This document shows positions 47,105-62,344 of a DNA stretch of 64,000 nucleotides, piece by piece (within the stretch, counting starts at the first letter, position 1; every line of letters begins with the position of its first letter). The notes under the pieces were generated by a model, which was not told the DNA's origin, did no database searches, and saw nothing but the letters and a program-made list of their open reading frames with translations. The position numbers were made by a program, and so were the translations under genes. This DNA comes from Candidatus Solibacter sp. (GTDB lineage: Bacteria > Chloroflexota > Dormibacteria > DASZGP01): positions 20,990 through 84,989 of the forward strand of contig DATMMS010000005.1 of the NCBI GenBank assembly GCA_035569605.1. Direction: 5' to 3'.

Positions 47105-48128
47105 GACCAGCTGCGACGAGACCTCGGCGGCGCTGGTTGAAGATGGCACGAGGATCCTCAGCAACGTAGTCAGCTCGCAGGTCCGGCTGCATTCCCGCTA
47201 CGGCGGGGTGGTCCCCGAGCTGGCGGCGCGGTCGCACCTGGAGCGGCTGCCGCTGGTGGTCGACGAGGCCTTCGAGCGCGGCGGCAAGAGCATGCGCGAC
47301 GTCGACCTGGTCGCGGTCACCCGCGGACCGGGGCTCGTCGGGGCGCTGCTGGTGGGGGTTGGCTTCGCCCAGGGCCTGGCTCTCGACCGCGGCTTGCCGC
47401 TGGTGGGAGTCAGCCATCTCGACGGCCACATCCATTCGGCACTGCTCCAGTCCGGCACGGTTCGGTTGCCGCTGCTGACGCTGGTCGTCTCGGGGGGTCA
47501 CACCGAGCTGGTGGTGCTGAGGCAGGACGGCTCCCACGAGGTCCTCGGCCGCACGCTGGACGACGCCGCCGGGGAGGCCTTCGACAAGGTCGCGCGGCTG
47601 CTCGGGCTGGGCTACCCTGGCGGGCCCGAGGTCGACCGCCTGGCCGCCACCGTCGACCGGAAGCAGGCCGGTCGCGAGTTTCCGCTACCCGCGATCAAGG
47701 TCGACGGCCTCGACTTCAGCTTCAGCGGCATCAAGACGTCTGTTCGATACGCCCTGGAGCGCCACCTTGGTCTGGTCCAGGGCGCCGGGCTCGACAGCGA
47801 TCAGTCGTCGGCGCTTGACCCGGGCTATGTTGCTGCAGCGTGCGCCAGTTTCCAGGCGCGCGTCATCGAGCATCTGGTCGACCGGCTGCGGGCCGCGATT
47901 GAGCTGGCCGGTCCGGCGTCTGTCGCCCTTGCCGGCGGCGTCGCCAGCAACAAGGAGCTTCGCGCCGCCGCCGCGGACGCCGTCGGATCGGGCGTGGAGC
48001 TGGTGGTCCCGGCGCCCGAGCTGTGCACCGATAACGCTGCCATGATCGCCGCCGCGGGGTGGCATCTCTGGCGTGCCGGCAGGGGAGCCAGCCTCGAAGT
48101 CGACCCGGGGCTCAGGCTGGCGGGGTAG
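47085..48128 (+). CDS. tsaD: tRNA N6-adenosine threonylcarbamoyltransferase
   Basis: MITLGIETSCDETS N-terminus with Kae1/TsaD metal-binding His motifs. Confidence 0.9.
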   Translation: MITLGIETSCDETSAALVEDGTRILSNVVSSQVRLHSRYGGVVPELAARSHLERLPLVVDEAFERGGKSMRDVDLVAVTRGPGLVGALLVGVGFAQGLALDRGLPLVGVSHLDGHIHSALLQSGTVRLPLLTLVVSGGHTELVVLRQDGSHEVLGRTLDDAAGEAFDKVARLLGLGYPGGPEVDRLAATVDRKQAGREFPLPAIKVDGLDFSFSGIKTSVRYALERHLGLVQGAGLDSDQSSALDPGYVAAACASFQARVIEHLVDRLRAAIELAGPASVALAGGVASNKELRAAAADAVGSGVELVVPAPELCTDNAAMIAAAGWHLWRAGRGASLEVDPGLRLAG

Positions 48129-48170
48129 ATTCCGCCAGAAGTTGCGATGGGCTCGGGCCTGGCGCTACCA

Positions 48171-48197
48171 TTAGCACTCCAGAGTATCGAGTGCTAA
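48171..48197 (+). promoter_or_regulatory. CIRCE element (HrcA operator)
   Basis: Perfect TTAGCACTC-N9-GAGTGCTAA, 33 nt upstream of groES. Confidence 0.9.
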
Positions 48198-48229
48198 CCG
48201 GCCCGCCGGACCGGTCTTGAGGAGGAATC

Positions 48230-48544
48230 TTGCCCATGAATCTGCGCCCACTCGCCGATCGCGTCGTCGTCCGTCCGCTGGAGCGGGAGGAGATGACGAA
48301 GAGCGGCATCGTACTGCCTGACACCGCCAAGGAGAAGCCCCAGGAGGGTCTCGTCGAGGCCGTCGGCAACGGCCGTCTGAACGAGAACACCGGCAAGCGC
48401 GAGCCAGTCGACCTGGCCGTGGGCGACCGCGTGATCTACTCCAAGTACGCCGGCAACGAGGTCAAGCTCGAGGACGAGGATTACCTGATTCTCAGCGAGA
48501 AGGACATCCTCGCCGTCGTCGCCACCAACGGCAAGAAGAAGTAG
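48230..48544 (+). CDS. groES: co-chaperonin GroES
   Basis: [12 protein letters not shown]...GIVLPD is a classic GroES sequence. Confidence 0.95.
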   Translation: MPMNLRPLADRVVVRPLEREEMTKSGIVLPDTAKEKPQEGLVEAVGNGRLNENTGKREPVDLAVGDRVIYSKYAGNEVKLEDEDYLILSEKDILAVVATNGKKK

Positions 48545-48624
48545 TCGCGGGCGTCCAAAAATCAGAGCGCGGCGCCGCGCACAGTCGCGACGCCTTACGG
48601 ATCCGAAGACTAGGTAGGTGAACG

Positions 48625-50310
<1,686 letters not shown>

Positions 50311-50522
50311 TCGGAGCTGCTGGGCGGCACATCCGAGCGTCGAGGGCTTCGCCCGCTACGCGGGTCTGCGCGCCTCGCTCACCTACTTTCCTTAGGCTCG
50401 CTCCGGTGCTCGACCCTCTCCTTCGCCTGTGCCACCGAGCAGCCCCTCAATGCGCTGGCTCTACCGGCGATCTGCGGGTAACACTCAGCGGCCTTGGCGA
50501 CGGCCGTTCCTAGAATCTATCG

Positions 50523-54742
<4,220 letters not shown>

Positions 54743-54790
54743 CGGACTCCAGGGGTCGACTCGCGGACAGCCGCGGCCTACACTTCAGCG

Positions 54791-55543
54791 GTGGCCAGCT
54801 CGACGCTTCAGACCGTCACCCTGGGCGACCGCCCGGACCTGACGGACGAGCTGAAGGCATCCGGACTCGACGGGGGGCCCAACTGGCCCAGCTTCTACGA
54901 GGGCAGCCTGGTGGGCCTCAAGTACTGGGACCGGACCTACACCGAGTTCGCCGAATACCAGGTGGTCTTCGTCGACGGGGCCAGCACCATCGTCGCCTGC
55001 GGCCACACCCTGCCGCTCTACTGGGACCAGACCGCCGAGGGACTGCCTGGCGGCTGGGACGCCGCCGTCGAGCTGGCCTTCGCCGGCAATCGCAAGCCGA
55101 ATTCGTTGATGGCGCTCTCGGCCGTGGCTCAGCCGGCGCGCCGGAACAGTGGGCTGGGCGCCGAGATCCTGCGGTCGATGCGCGCGGTGGCCGCCTCCAA
55201 GGGCTTTCAGTCGCTGATCGCCCCGGTGCGGCCCAACCGCAAGGAGTCGTACCCGCTGGCCAAGTTCGAGGAGTACATCAGCTGGACCCACCCCGACGGC
55301 ACCGCCTTCGATCCCTGGCTGCGGGTCCACCTCCAGCTCGGTGGCCGGGTGCTGATGATCGCCCCCGAGTCGATGGTGGTCGAAGGCACCGTCGAGCAAT
55401 GGACGCACTGGACCGGCGGCTCCTTCCCCGCCAGCGGCGCCTACGTGGTGCCAGGGGCGCTGGCCCCGGTCCACATCGACCTGGAGCGGGACCTGGGCCG
55501 CTACGCCGAACCCAACGTCTGGGTCGAGCACCGGCTCACCTAA
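54791..55543 (+). CDS. GNAT-family acetyltransferase-like hypothetical protein
   Basis: RRNSGLGAEIL resembles GNAT motif A; the rest of the protein is not diagnostic. Confidence 0.45.
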   Translation: MASSTLQTVTLGDRPDLTDELKASGLDGGPNWPSFYEGSLVGLKYWDRTYTEFAEYQVVFVDGASTIVACGHTLPLYWDQTAEGLPGGWDAAVELAFAGNRKPNSLMALSAVAQPARRNSGLGAEILRSMRAVAASKGFQSLIAPVRPNRKESYPLAKFEEYISWTHPDGTAFDPWLRVHLQLGGRVLMIAPESMVVEGTVEQWTHWTGGSFPASGAYVVPGALAPVHIDLERDLGRYAEPNVWVEHRLT

Positions 55544-55605
55544 GAGCCTCCGTCAGCCTAGCTCCGGCCGCTCCCGCCCACGGGCGTCCCTACAATCTTG
55601 GTCTC

Positions 55606-55893
55606 ATGAAGCTGACGCTGGAACAGGTGCGCCACGTGGCCGAGCTCGCCCGCCTTGGGCTGAGTGACGACGAGCTGGAGGCGCTGGCGGGGGAGCTATC
55701 CAGCATCCTGGAGTACATCGACCAGCTGGAACAGCTGGACACCGCCGCGATCGCGCCGACCGCGCAGGTCGGCGAGCTGGTCGACGTGATGAGGGAGGAC
55801 GAGGTGCTTCCCTCACTGGATCCCGAGGACGCCCTCCGCAACGCGCCCTCGCGTGAGGATGGCTACTTTCGCGTTCGGGCGATGCAGGAGTGA
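55606..55893 (+). CDS. gatC: Asp/Glu-tRNA amidotransferase subunit C
   Basis: MKLTLEQVRHVAELARL... is a typical GatC sequence. The track's ORF begins earlier at an out-of-context ATG. Confidence 0.85.
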   Translation: MKLTLEQVRHVAELARLGLSDDELEALAGELSSILEYIDQLEQLDTAAIAPTAQVGELVDVMREDEVLPSLDPEDALRNAPSREDGYFRVRAMQE

Positions 55894-57353
55894 GCGCCGG
55901 CGCGTCCATCGCCGACCTGGGCGCCGCCCTGCGGGCGGGCACCACCAGCGCTCGCGAGCTGGCGCAGCAGTCGCTGGACCGGATCGGCGAGGTGGACGCC
56001 GATCTGGGAGCGTTCCTGCTGACGACGCCGGAGCAGGCCCTGGCCGCCGCCGACGCCGCCGATAAGGGGATCGCCTCCGGCGCCGCCGGGCCGCTGGCGG
56101 GGATCCCGATGGCGATCAAAGACGTCCTCTGCATGGAGGGCGTGGAGTGCACCGCCGGATCGCGAATCCTGGCCGGGTTCATCCCGCCCTACACCGCCAC
56201 CACCGTGGCCAGGGCGCTGGCGGCCGGCGCCCTGCCCGTAGGCAAGACCAACTGCGACGAATTCGCGATGGGCTCGTCGAACGAGAACTCCGCCTACCGA
56301 CCGGTGCACAATCCCTGGGACCTGACGCGAGTGCCCGGAGGCTCGTCGGGCGGCTCGGCGGTGGCCGTCGCGGCCGGCGAGACGACCTTCGCGCTGGCCA
56401 GCGATACCGGTGGCTCGATCCGGCAGCCCGCCGCCCTCACCGGGACCGTCGGCCTCAAGCCGACCTACGGCCGGACCAGCCGCTACGGCCTGATCGCCTT
56501 CGCCAGCTCGCTCGACCACGTCGGCAGCTTCACCCGTACCGTGGCCGACGCCGCCACCGTCCTGGAGGCGATCGGTGGACACGACCCGCTCGACTCGACC
56601 AGCTCACCCCGACCACTCGACGGCGTCCGAGCCGGCATCGGCGACGGCGTGCGCGGCATGCGGCTGGGGGTGCCCTCGGAGTACTTCGTCGAGGGCATGG
56701 AGCCGGGGGTTGAGGCTGCCGTTCGCGCAGCCATCGCCCAGCTCGAGAAGGAAGGCGCGGAGCTGGTCGAGATCAGCCTGCCGCACACGTCCTACGGGGT
56801 CGCGATCTACTACATCCTGGCCCCGGCGGAGGCGTCCTCCAACCTGGCCCGGATGGACGGCGTCCGTTTCGGGCATTCGGCGCCGGAGGAGAAGTCGGTG
56901 GTGGCGCAGTACCTGCGCGCCCGTGACGAGGGTTTTGGTCCCGAGGTCAAGCGCCGGATCATGATCGGCACCTACGCGCTCAGCTCGGGCTACTACGACG
57001 CCTACTACGTCAAGGCGCAGAAGGCGCGGACCCTGGTCAAGCGCGACTTCGACGAGGCCTTCCAGGCGGTGGATGCGATCGTCTGCGCCACCTCGCCGAC
57101 GGTCGCCTTTCCGATCGGCGCCAAGACCCACGACCCGCTGGCGATGTACCTGAACGACGTGCTCACCATCCCGGCCGACCTCGCGGGCATCCCCGCGATC
57201 TCGATTCCCTGTGGTTTCTCCGAAGGACTGCCGGTCGGGCTCCAGGTGATGGGGCCGGCGTGGCGCGAGGACACCGTCTTCCGGGTCGCCTCGGCATACG
57301 AGTCGCTCAACGATTGGGGCAGCCGCGAGCCGGCCCTGGCGGGGGCCGCGTGA
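55890..57353 (+). CDS. gatA: Asp/Glu-tRNA amidotransferase subunit A
   Basis: Amidase signature (GGSSGGSAVAVA) with the Ser-cisSer-Lys triad context. Confidence 0.9.
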   Translation: MSAGASIADLGAALRAGTTSARELAQQSLDRIGEVDADLGAFLLTTPEQALAAADAADKGIASGAAGPLAGIPMAIKDVLCMEGVECTAGSRILAGFIPPYTATTVARALAAGALPVGKTNCDEFAMGSSNENSAYRPVHNPWDLTRVPGGSSGGSAVAVAAGETTFALASDTGGSIRQPAALTGTVGLKPTYGRTSRYGLIAFASSLDHVGSFTRTVADAATVLEAIGGHDPLDSTSSPRPLDGVRAGIGDGVRGMRLGVPSEYFVEGMEPGVEAAVRAAIAQLEKEGAELVEISLPHTSYGVAIYYILAPAEASSNLARMDGVRFGHSAPEEKSVVAQYLRARDEGFGPEVKRRIMIGTYALSSGYYDAYYVKAQKARTLVKRDFDEAFQAVDAIVCATSPTVAFPIGAKTHDPLAMYLNDVLTIPADLAGIPAISIPCGFSEGLPVGLQVMGPAWREDTVFRVASAYESLNDWGSREPALAGAA

Positions 57354-57398
57354 GGTGCCGCGGTCTAGAATCCGGGCAACGTCCGCCATCCTGGTGAG

Positions 57399-57707
57399 GT
57401 GCTCGAAATGATGCTTCTCCTGCCCGCCGTCGTGCTACTCGAACCGGGGGGCCTGGTCGCCTGGTTGCTTGTGGGCCTGATTGCGGGTGCTCTGGCTGGA
57501 CGGGTGGTCGAGGGCAGGGGACTAGGCTGCCTGGGCGACATCATCGTCGGCGTTGTGGGTGCGTTTATCGGCGGATTCATCGTGAACCAGCTGGGTATCT
57601 TCACCGGCGGCGCGCTGGGGTTCCTTGAGACCCTGGTTGTTGCCTTCTTTGGCGCAGTCGTGTTCCTCGCCCTGATCCGGCTGGTTACTCGTAGCCGCCG
57701 TCCCTGA
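57399..57707 (+). CDS. GlsB/YeaQ/YmgE family small membrane protein
   Basis: Three TM helices with Gly-rich motifs (GDIIVGVVGAFIGGFI) typical of transglycosylase-associated proteins. Confidence 0.6.
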   Translation: MLEMMLLLPAVVLLEPGGLVAWLLVGLIAGALAGRVVEGRGLGCLGDIIVGVVGAFIGGFIVNQLGIFTGGALGFLETLVVAFFGAVVFLALIRLVTRSRRP

Positions 57708-57725
57708 ACCGCGCCGGATTCCTGC

Positions 57726-59225
57726 ATGGCTGTTGACGTGAGCACCGAGGTGGAGGCTGTCATCGGCCTGGAGGTGCACGCCCAGCTGCTCACCGCCAGC
57801 AAGATGTTCTGCAGCTGCTCCGCCGCGTACCTCGCCGGCGAGCCCAACAGCCATACCTGTCCGACCTGCCTTGGCCTGCCCGGGTCGCTGCCGGTGATGA
57901 ACCGTAGGGCGGTCGAGCTGACGATCCGCACCGCCCTGGCGCTTGATTGCGAGATCGCTGAGTTCAGCAAGTTCGACCGCAAGAACTATTTCTATCCCGA
58001 CCTGCCCAAGGGCTACCAGATCTCCCAGTACGACCTCCCGCTCTCGACCGGCGGCCATCTCGACATCGACGCCGACGGTGGCAGATTGCGGGTGGGGATC
58101 ACCCGGGTGCACCTCGAGGAGGACACCGGCAAGCTCACCCATGCCGGCGCCATCGACACCTCGAGCTCGTCCCTGGTCAACCTCAACCGTGCCGGCGTGC
58201 CCCTGATGGAGATCGTCTCCGAACCCGACATTCGCAGCGCCGACGCGGCCCGCGAGTACATGCAGCGGCTGCGCCAGGTGCTGGTCTGGATCGGCGTCAA
58301 CGACGGCAACATGGAGGAGGGCAGCCTCCGCTGCGACGCCAACGTCTCGGTCCGCGCCGCGGGCGCCACCGAGCTGGGCACCAAGGTGGAGATCAAGAAC
58401 ATGAACAGCTTCCGCGCCGTCCACCTGGCGCTGGAGTACGAGATCGAGAGGCAAAAGGCGGCGCTGCTCGGCGGTGAGACGATCGTGCAGGAGACCCGCG
58501 GCTGGAACGAGGCCAAAGGTGTGACGGTGGGGCAGCGCTCCAAGGAGTACGCCCACGACTATCGCTACTTCCCCGAGCCCGACCTGCCGCCGTTGCAGCT
58601 GACCCGAGAGTTCGTCGACGGCATCCGGGCGGAGCTGCCCGAGCTGCCCGCGGCTCGGGCGGCCCGCTTACGCGATGAGCTCGAGCTTTCGGCTTACGAT
58701 GCCGACCAGCTGACCGCTTCGCGGGACCTGGCGGATTACTTCGAGGCGGTGGTGGCCGCCCTGGCGCCCGCGGTCGAGCCCCGCGCCGCCGCCAAGGAGG
58801 CCGCCAACTGGGTTGTCGGCGAGGTCAACCGTGCCGTCAAAGAGACGGCCGGCTCGCTGGCGGAGTTGAAGGTCTGGCCGCCGGCGCTGGCGGCCCTAAT
58901 TCAACGGAAAGTCGGGGGCGACATCAGTAACAACCAGGCGAAGGCTCTATTTGCGGCCCTAGCGGCAGGCGCTGACGTCATCGCCGACCCGGCGGCGGTT
59001 AACGACGCCATTGAGGCCTCAAGCATTGCCCAGGTCAGCGACGCCTCCGCGCTGGAAGCGTGGGTCGACGAGGCACTCGCTGCCGAGCCCCAGGCGGCGG
59101 CGGACTTCCAGGCCGGCAACGAGCGCGCCATCGGCCGGCTGGTGGGCGCGGTCATGCGCGTCAGCGGCGGCAAGGCGAACGGGCCGGCCGTCAGCGAGAT
59201 GCTCCGCCAAAAGCTGGGCGGCTAG
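57726..59225 (+). CDS. gatB: Asp/Glu-tRNA amidotransferase subunit B
   Basis: IGLEVHAQL... and [14 protein letters not shown] are classic GatB motifs. Confidence 0.9.
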   Translation: MAVDVSTEVEAVIGLEVHAQLLTASKMFCSCSAAYLAGEPNSHTCPTCLGLPGSLPVMNRRAVELTIRTALALDCEIAEFSKFDRKNYFYPDLPKGYQISQYDLPLSTGGHLDIDADGGRLRVGITRVHLEEDTGKLTHAGAIDTSSSSLVNLNRAGVPLMEIVSEPDIRSADAAREYMQRLRQVLVWIGVNDGNMEEGSLRCDANVSVRAAGATELGTKVEIKNMNSFRAVHLALEYEIERQKAALLGGETIVQETRGWNEAKGVTVGQRSKEYAHDYRYFPEPDLPPLQLTREFVDGIRAELPELPAARAARLRDELELSAYDADQLTASRDLADYFEAVVAALAPAVEPRAAAKEAANWVVGEVNRAVKETAGSLAELKVWPPALAALIQRKVGGDISNNQAKALFAALAAGADVIADPAAVNDAIEASSIAQVSDASALEAWVDEALAAEPQAAADFQAGNERAIGRLVGAVMRVSGGKANGPAVSEMLRQKLGG

Positions 59226-59228
59226 TAC

Positions 59229-60551
59229 ATGGTTCCCCCCGCGAGCGATGCGGCGACGCAGTCGCTCGAGCTGGTGGTGGGGGAGATGACGTATGGGTCC
59301 GCGGCGCTGGCGCGCACTGACGAGGGCCAGGTGGTGTTCGTCGACGACGCGTTGCCCGGTGAGCGCGTGCGCGCCGAGGTCTCCAGCCGCCGGCGCAACT
59401 ACCTGCAGACGCGCGCGGTGGACATCCTGGAGGCGGCGCCGGGGCGCGTACCGCCACCCTGCCGCTTCGTCCCCGAATGCGGCGGCTGCCAGTGGCAGCA
59501 CGCCAACTACGAGCAGCAGCTGGAGATGAAGCTCAAAGTTGTCGCCGAGACCTTGCGCCGGGCGGGCGCCAGCGCACCCGCGCCCGAGCTGGTCGCGGCG
59601 GCCGACCCGTTCCGCTATCGCATCCGCGGCGAGTTTCATGTCGTCCGCCCCCGTAGTGGTGGCGGCCGCCACCAGCTTGGCTTCAACAAGCGCCGCACCT
59701 ACGACCTGGTTCCCGTCGACGACTGCCTGATCCATCACCCGCACATCACCGAGGCCCTTGCGGGTATCGGGCTGGCGCTGGACGACGTGGGCTCCGGCAG
59801 TCTCCGCTCGATCCGCCTGACCGCGCACCCGAACAGTCGCGAGCTGCTCTGGCGAGGACTGGGCGGCTCGCCGCCGAAAGAGCTTCAGGATGCCCTGTCA
59901 GCGCGCCTCGACAACTTCCTGGTTCACCAGGACAGCCTCTCAATCGGCTATGACGGCGCTCTCATCGACGGGCGACCCGGAGACCCGTTGGTGTTTCGTG
60001 TTGACTCTGAAACGTTCGTCCAGGTCAACCACTCACAGGCTCACAAGCTCTACGGGTGCGCGCTGTCGTACATCGGCGATCGACCCGGTGCCCTGGTCGA
60101 GGGGTACTCAGGGTTCGGCGCGATTTCGATCCTGGCCGCCACCCGCACCGACGCCGCTGCCCGGCCCACCAGGGTGACTATGGTCGAGGAGGCGCGAGCC
60201 GCCGCGATCCTGGCGCGCCTTCACGTCAGGCTCCACGGGGTGGAGCAGTCGTCGGTGCTGGCCGGCCGCCTGGAGGACAAGCTCTTCCAGCTGGAGCCCG
60301 ATGAGGTCGACACCCTGGTGGTCGACCCCCCGCGAGCGGGATGCGCCCCCCCGGTTCTGGCCGAAGTCGCCCGTCTTCATCCCCGCCGGATGGTCTATGT
60401 CTCCTGCGATCCGTCGACGCTGGGTCGAGACCTGGCCCGACTGGCCGCCCATGGCTACCGGGTCGAGGCTCAGACCCTGGTCGACATGTTTCCGCAGACG
60501 TACCACATCGAGACCGTCAGCCTGCTGGTCCCGGGGGCCCAGTCCACGTAA
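59229..60551 (+). CDS. 23S rRNA (uracil-5-)-methyltransferase RlmD/RumA family (TRAM + 4Fe-4S Cys + SAM MTase)
   Basis: N-terminal TRAM domain, a CRFVPECGGCQWQH Cys cluster and a C-terminal MTase domain with a catalytic Cys region. Confidence 0.7.
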   Translation: MVPPASDAATQSLELVVGEMTYGSAALARTDEGQVVFVDDALPGERVRAEVSSRRRNYLQTRAVDILEAAPGRVPPPCRFVPECGGCQWQHANYEQQLEMKLKVVAETLRRAGASAPAPELVAAADPFRYRIRGEFHVVRPRSGGGRHQLGFNKRRTYDLVPVDDCLIHHPHITEALAGIGLALDDVGSGSLRSIRLTAHPNSRELLWRGLGGSPPKELQDALSARLDNFLVHQDSLSIGYDGALIDGRPGDPLVFRVDSETFVQVNHSQAHKLYGCALSYIGDRPGALVEGYSGFGAISILAATRTDAAARPTRVTMVEEARAAAILARLHVRLHGVEQSSVLAGRLEDKLFQLEPDEVDTLVVDPPRAGCAPPVLAEVARLHPRRMVYVSCDPSTLGRDLARLAAHGYRVEAQTLVDMFPQTYHIETVSLLVPGAQST

Positions 60552-60619
60552 CAACGCCGTTCCGGGCTGTTGCACGCAACCGGCTGGAATTCGGGGATGG
60601 CCCGGTACACTGAATTCAA

Positions 60620-61267
60620 ATGCCCCACCCCCGGCACCGCGTCCCGATCGTGACGGTCGCGCTCTTCGCGCTGACCGCAGTTTTTGGCTGGCTCTTTTAC
60701 GCAGTCCCTCATCCGGGCGGTCTGGGCGGTTTCGGAGGCGCTGCGGTGGTGGACAGCGCCGCCGACCTCAAGCTGGAGCAGGCGGCGGCGCTCAAGCCGA
60801 CCCCTTCGCCGACAGATACCGGGGGCCCGCTCCCGCCCGGGCGCCTGGTCGTCCGGAGCATCGGCGTCAATGCCCAGGTCCTGCCGGTTGGAGTCGACAA
60901 GGGTGCGATGGCGGTCACCAACGAGTCCTACGACGTCGGCTGGTACAAGTTCGGTCCCGCCCCCGGAGATCCGGGTGACGCGGTGATCGACGGTCACCTC
61001 GACTGGTACGACACCTCGCGGGCGGTGTTCTTCAACCTCAAGCACATCCAGATCGGGGACGACATCGAGGTCCAGCGCCTCGACGGCGTCAGCCATCACT
61101 TCAAGGTCACCAGCGTCCAGTCGGTGGCCTACAACGCCACCGTCCCCGGCCTGTTCGACACCAGCGGCCCGTCGCGCCTCTCCCTGATCACCTGCGGTGG
61201 GACGTGGGACTTCAAGAAGGGAGAGTATCTGCAGCGCGTGATCGTGGACTCGACCCTGGTCAGCTGA
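60620..61267 (+). CDS. class F sortase
   Basis: N-terminal TM anchor, a catalytic His region (VIDGHLDWYD), a TLITCGG active-site Cys motif and a downstream Arg; this pattern is typical of class F. Confidence 0.75.
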   Translation: MPHPRHRVPIVTVALFALTAVFGWLFYAVPHPGGLGGFGGAAVVDSAADLKLEQAAALKPTPSPTDTGGPLPPGRLVVRSIGVNAQVLPVGVDKGAMAVTNESYDVGWYKFGPAPGDPGDAVIDGHLDWYDTSRAVFFNLKHIQIGDDIEVQRLDGVSHHFKVTSVQSVAYNATVPGLFDTSGPSRLSLITCGGTWDFKKGEYLQRVIVDSTLVS

Positions 61268-61285
61268 TGCTGGGGGGAGGGTGAT

Positions 61286-62227
61286 ATGAGCCGGTCGGCG
61301 CTGCCATCCCCCGTCCGCGTGGAGGCCAACGGAATCTCCTTCTCCGTTATCGACGCCGGCGCCGGGCCCGGTGTCCTGCTCCTGCACGGCTTCCCTGACT
61401 CCAGCTACGTCTGGCGCAACCAGGTGAGCGCGCTGACCGAGGCCGGCTTTCGGGTGGTCGCGCCCGACCTGCGCGGCTTTGGCGAGTCCGACCGGCCCGA
61501 AGGGGTCGACGCGTACACCATGGGGGTGCTCCTCAATGACGTGCGAGGCATTCTGCGGACCCTGGGCCTGCCCCGGGTTCACGTCGTGGGCCACGACTGG
61601 GGCGCCGCGCTGGCGTGGATGTACGCGATCACCAAGCCCGACCGGGTGGATCGGCTGGTGGCGATTTCGGTCGGCCATCCGGGGAACTTCGCGCCCCGGT
61701 CGATGCGCCAGCTGCAACTGTCGTGGTACATCCTGTTCTTCCAATTCCCCGGCCTGGCCGAAGCGCTGATCCCCAGGGACGATTGGCGGTTCCTCAAGGG
61801 CTGGGCCCGGGGCACCGGGGACCTCGACCGATATCAGCGGGACCTGGCGCGCCCCGGGGCCCTGACCGCCGCCCTCAACTGGTACCGCGCCAACGACCCC
61901 CCGATGCGGATGCTGGAGCCAACGCCGGAGTTCGCCAAGCTCGATCTACCCGTGCTGGGCATCTGGGGCGCCAAAGACGCCGCCCTGACCGAGGAATCGA
62001 TGACGGATTCGGAGAAGTTTGTCAGCGGATCGTGGCGCTACGAACGTTTCGACGACGCCGGGCACTGGGTCCAGCTGGAGCAGGCGGAGCGCCTCAACGC
62101 GCTGCTGATCGAGTTCCTGTCCAGCGGCGAAGACAGCTCTGCGCTGGACGCCCGGACCGTGCTCGCCAAGCACCACGGCGGCCTTTCGGACCGTCTCCGC
62201 CAGGCCCGCCGGAGCGGGTCCGAGTAA
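61286..62227 (+). CDS. alpha/beta hydrolase (epoxide hydrolase/haloalkane dehalogenase-like)
   Basis: HGFPDSSYVWRN (HGxP) motif, a GHDWGA nucleophile elbow with Asp, and a C-terminal DAGHW His motif. Confidence 0.7.
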   Translation: MSRSALPSPVRVEANGISFSVIDAGAGPGVLLLHGFPDSSYVWRNQVSALTEAGFRVVAPDLRGFGESDRPEGVDAYTMGVLLNDVRGILRTLGLPRVHVVGHDWGAALAWMYAITKPDRVDRLVAISVGHPGNFAPRSMRQLQLSWYILFFQFPGLAEALIPRDDWRFLKGWARGTGDLDRYQRDLARPGALTAALNWYRANDPPMRMLEPTPEFAKLDLPVLGIWGAKDAALTEESMTDSEKFVSGSWRYERFDDAGHWVQLEQAERLNALLIEFLSSGEDSSALDARTVLAKHHGGLSDRLRQARRSGSE

Positions 62228-62344
62228 GGCCGCGACGGCTCAGAGGCCCCCTTGGCGGGGGAGCGGCGCGCCCAGCCCGGCGGCACATAACATAGAGATC
62301 GTGGAGATCCGTCGCCGTCCAGACGTGCCAGTTCGCGCCCCGGC

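Noticed and set aside
60556-60620. Inverted GAATTC...GAATTC segment before the sortase gene.
   Set aside because: Short imperfect inverted repeat with no flanking direct repeats or a transposase; not a mobile-element signature.
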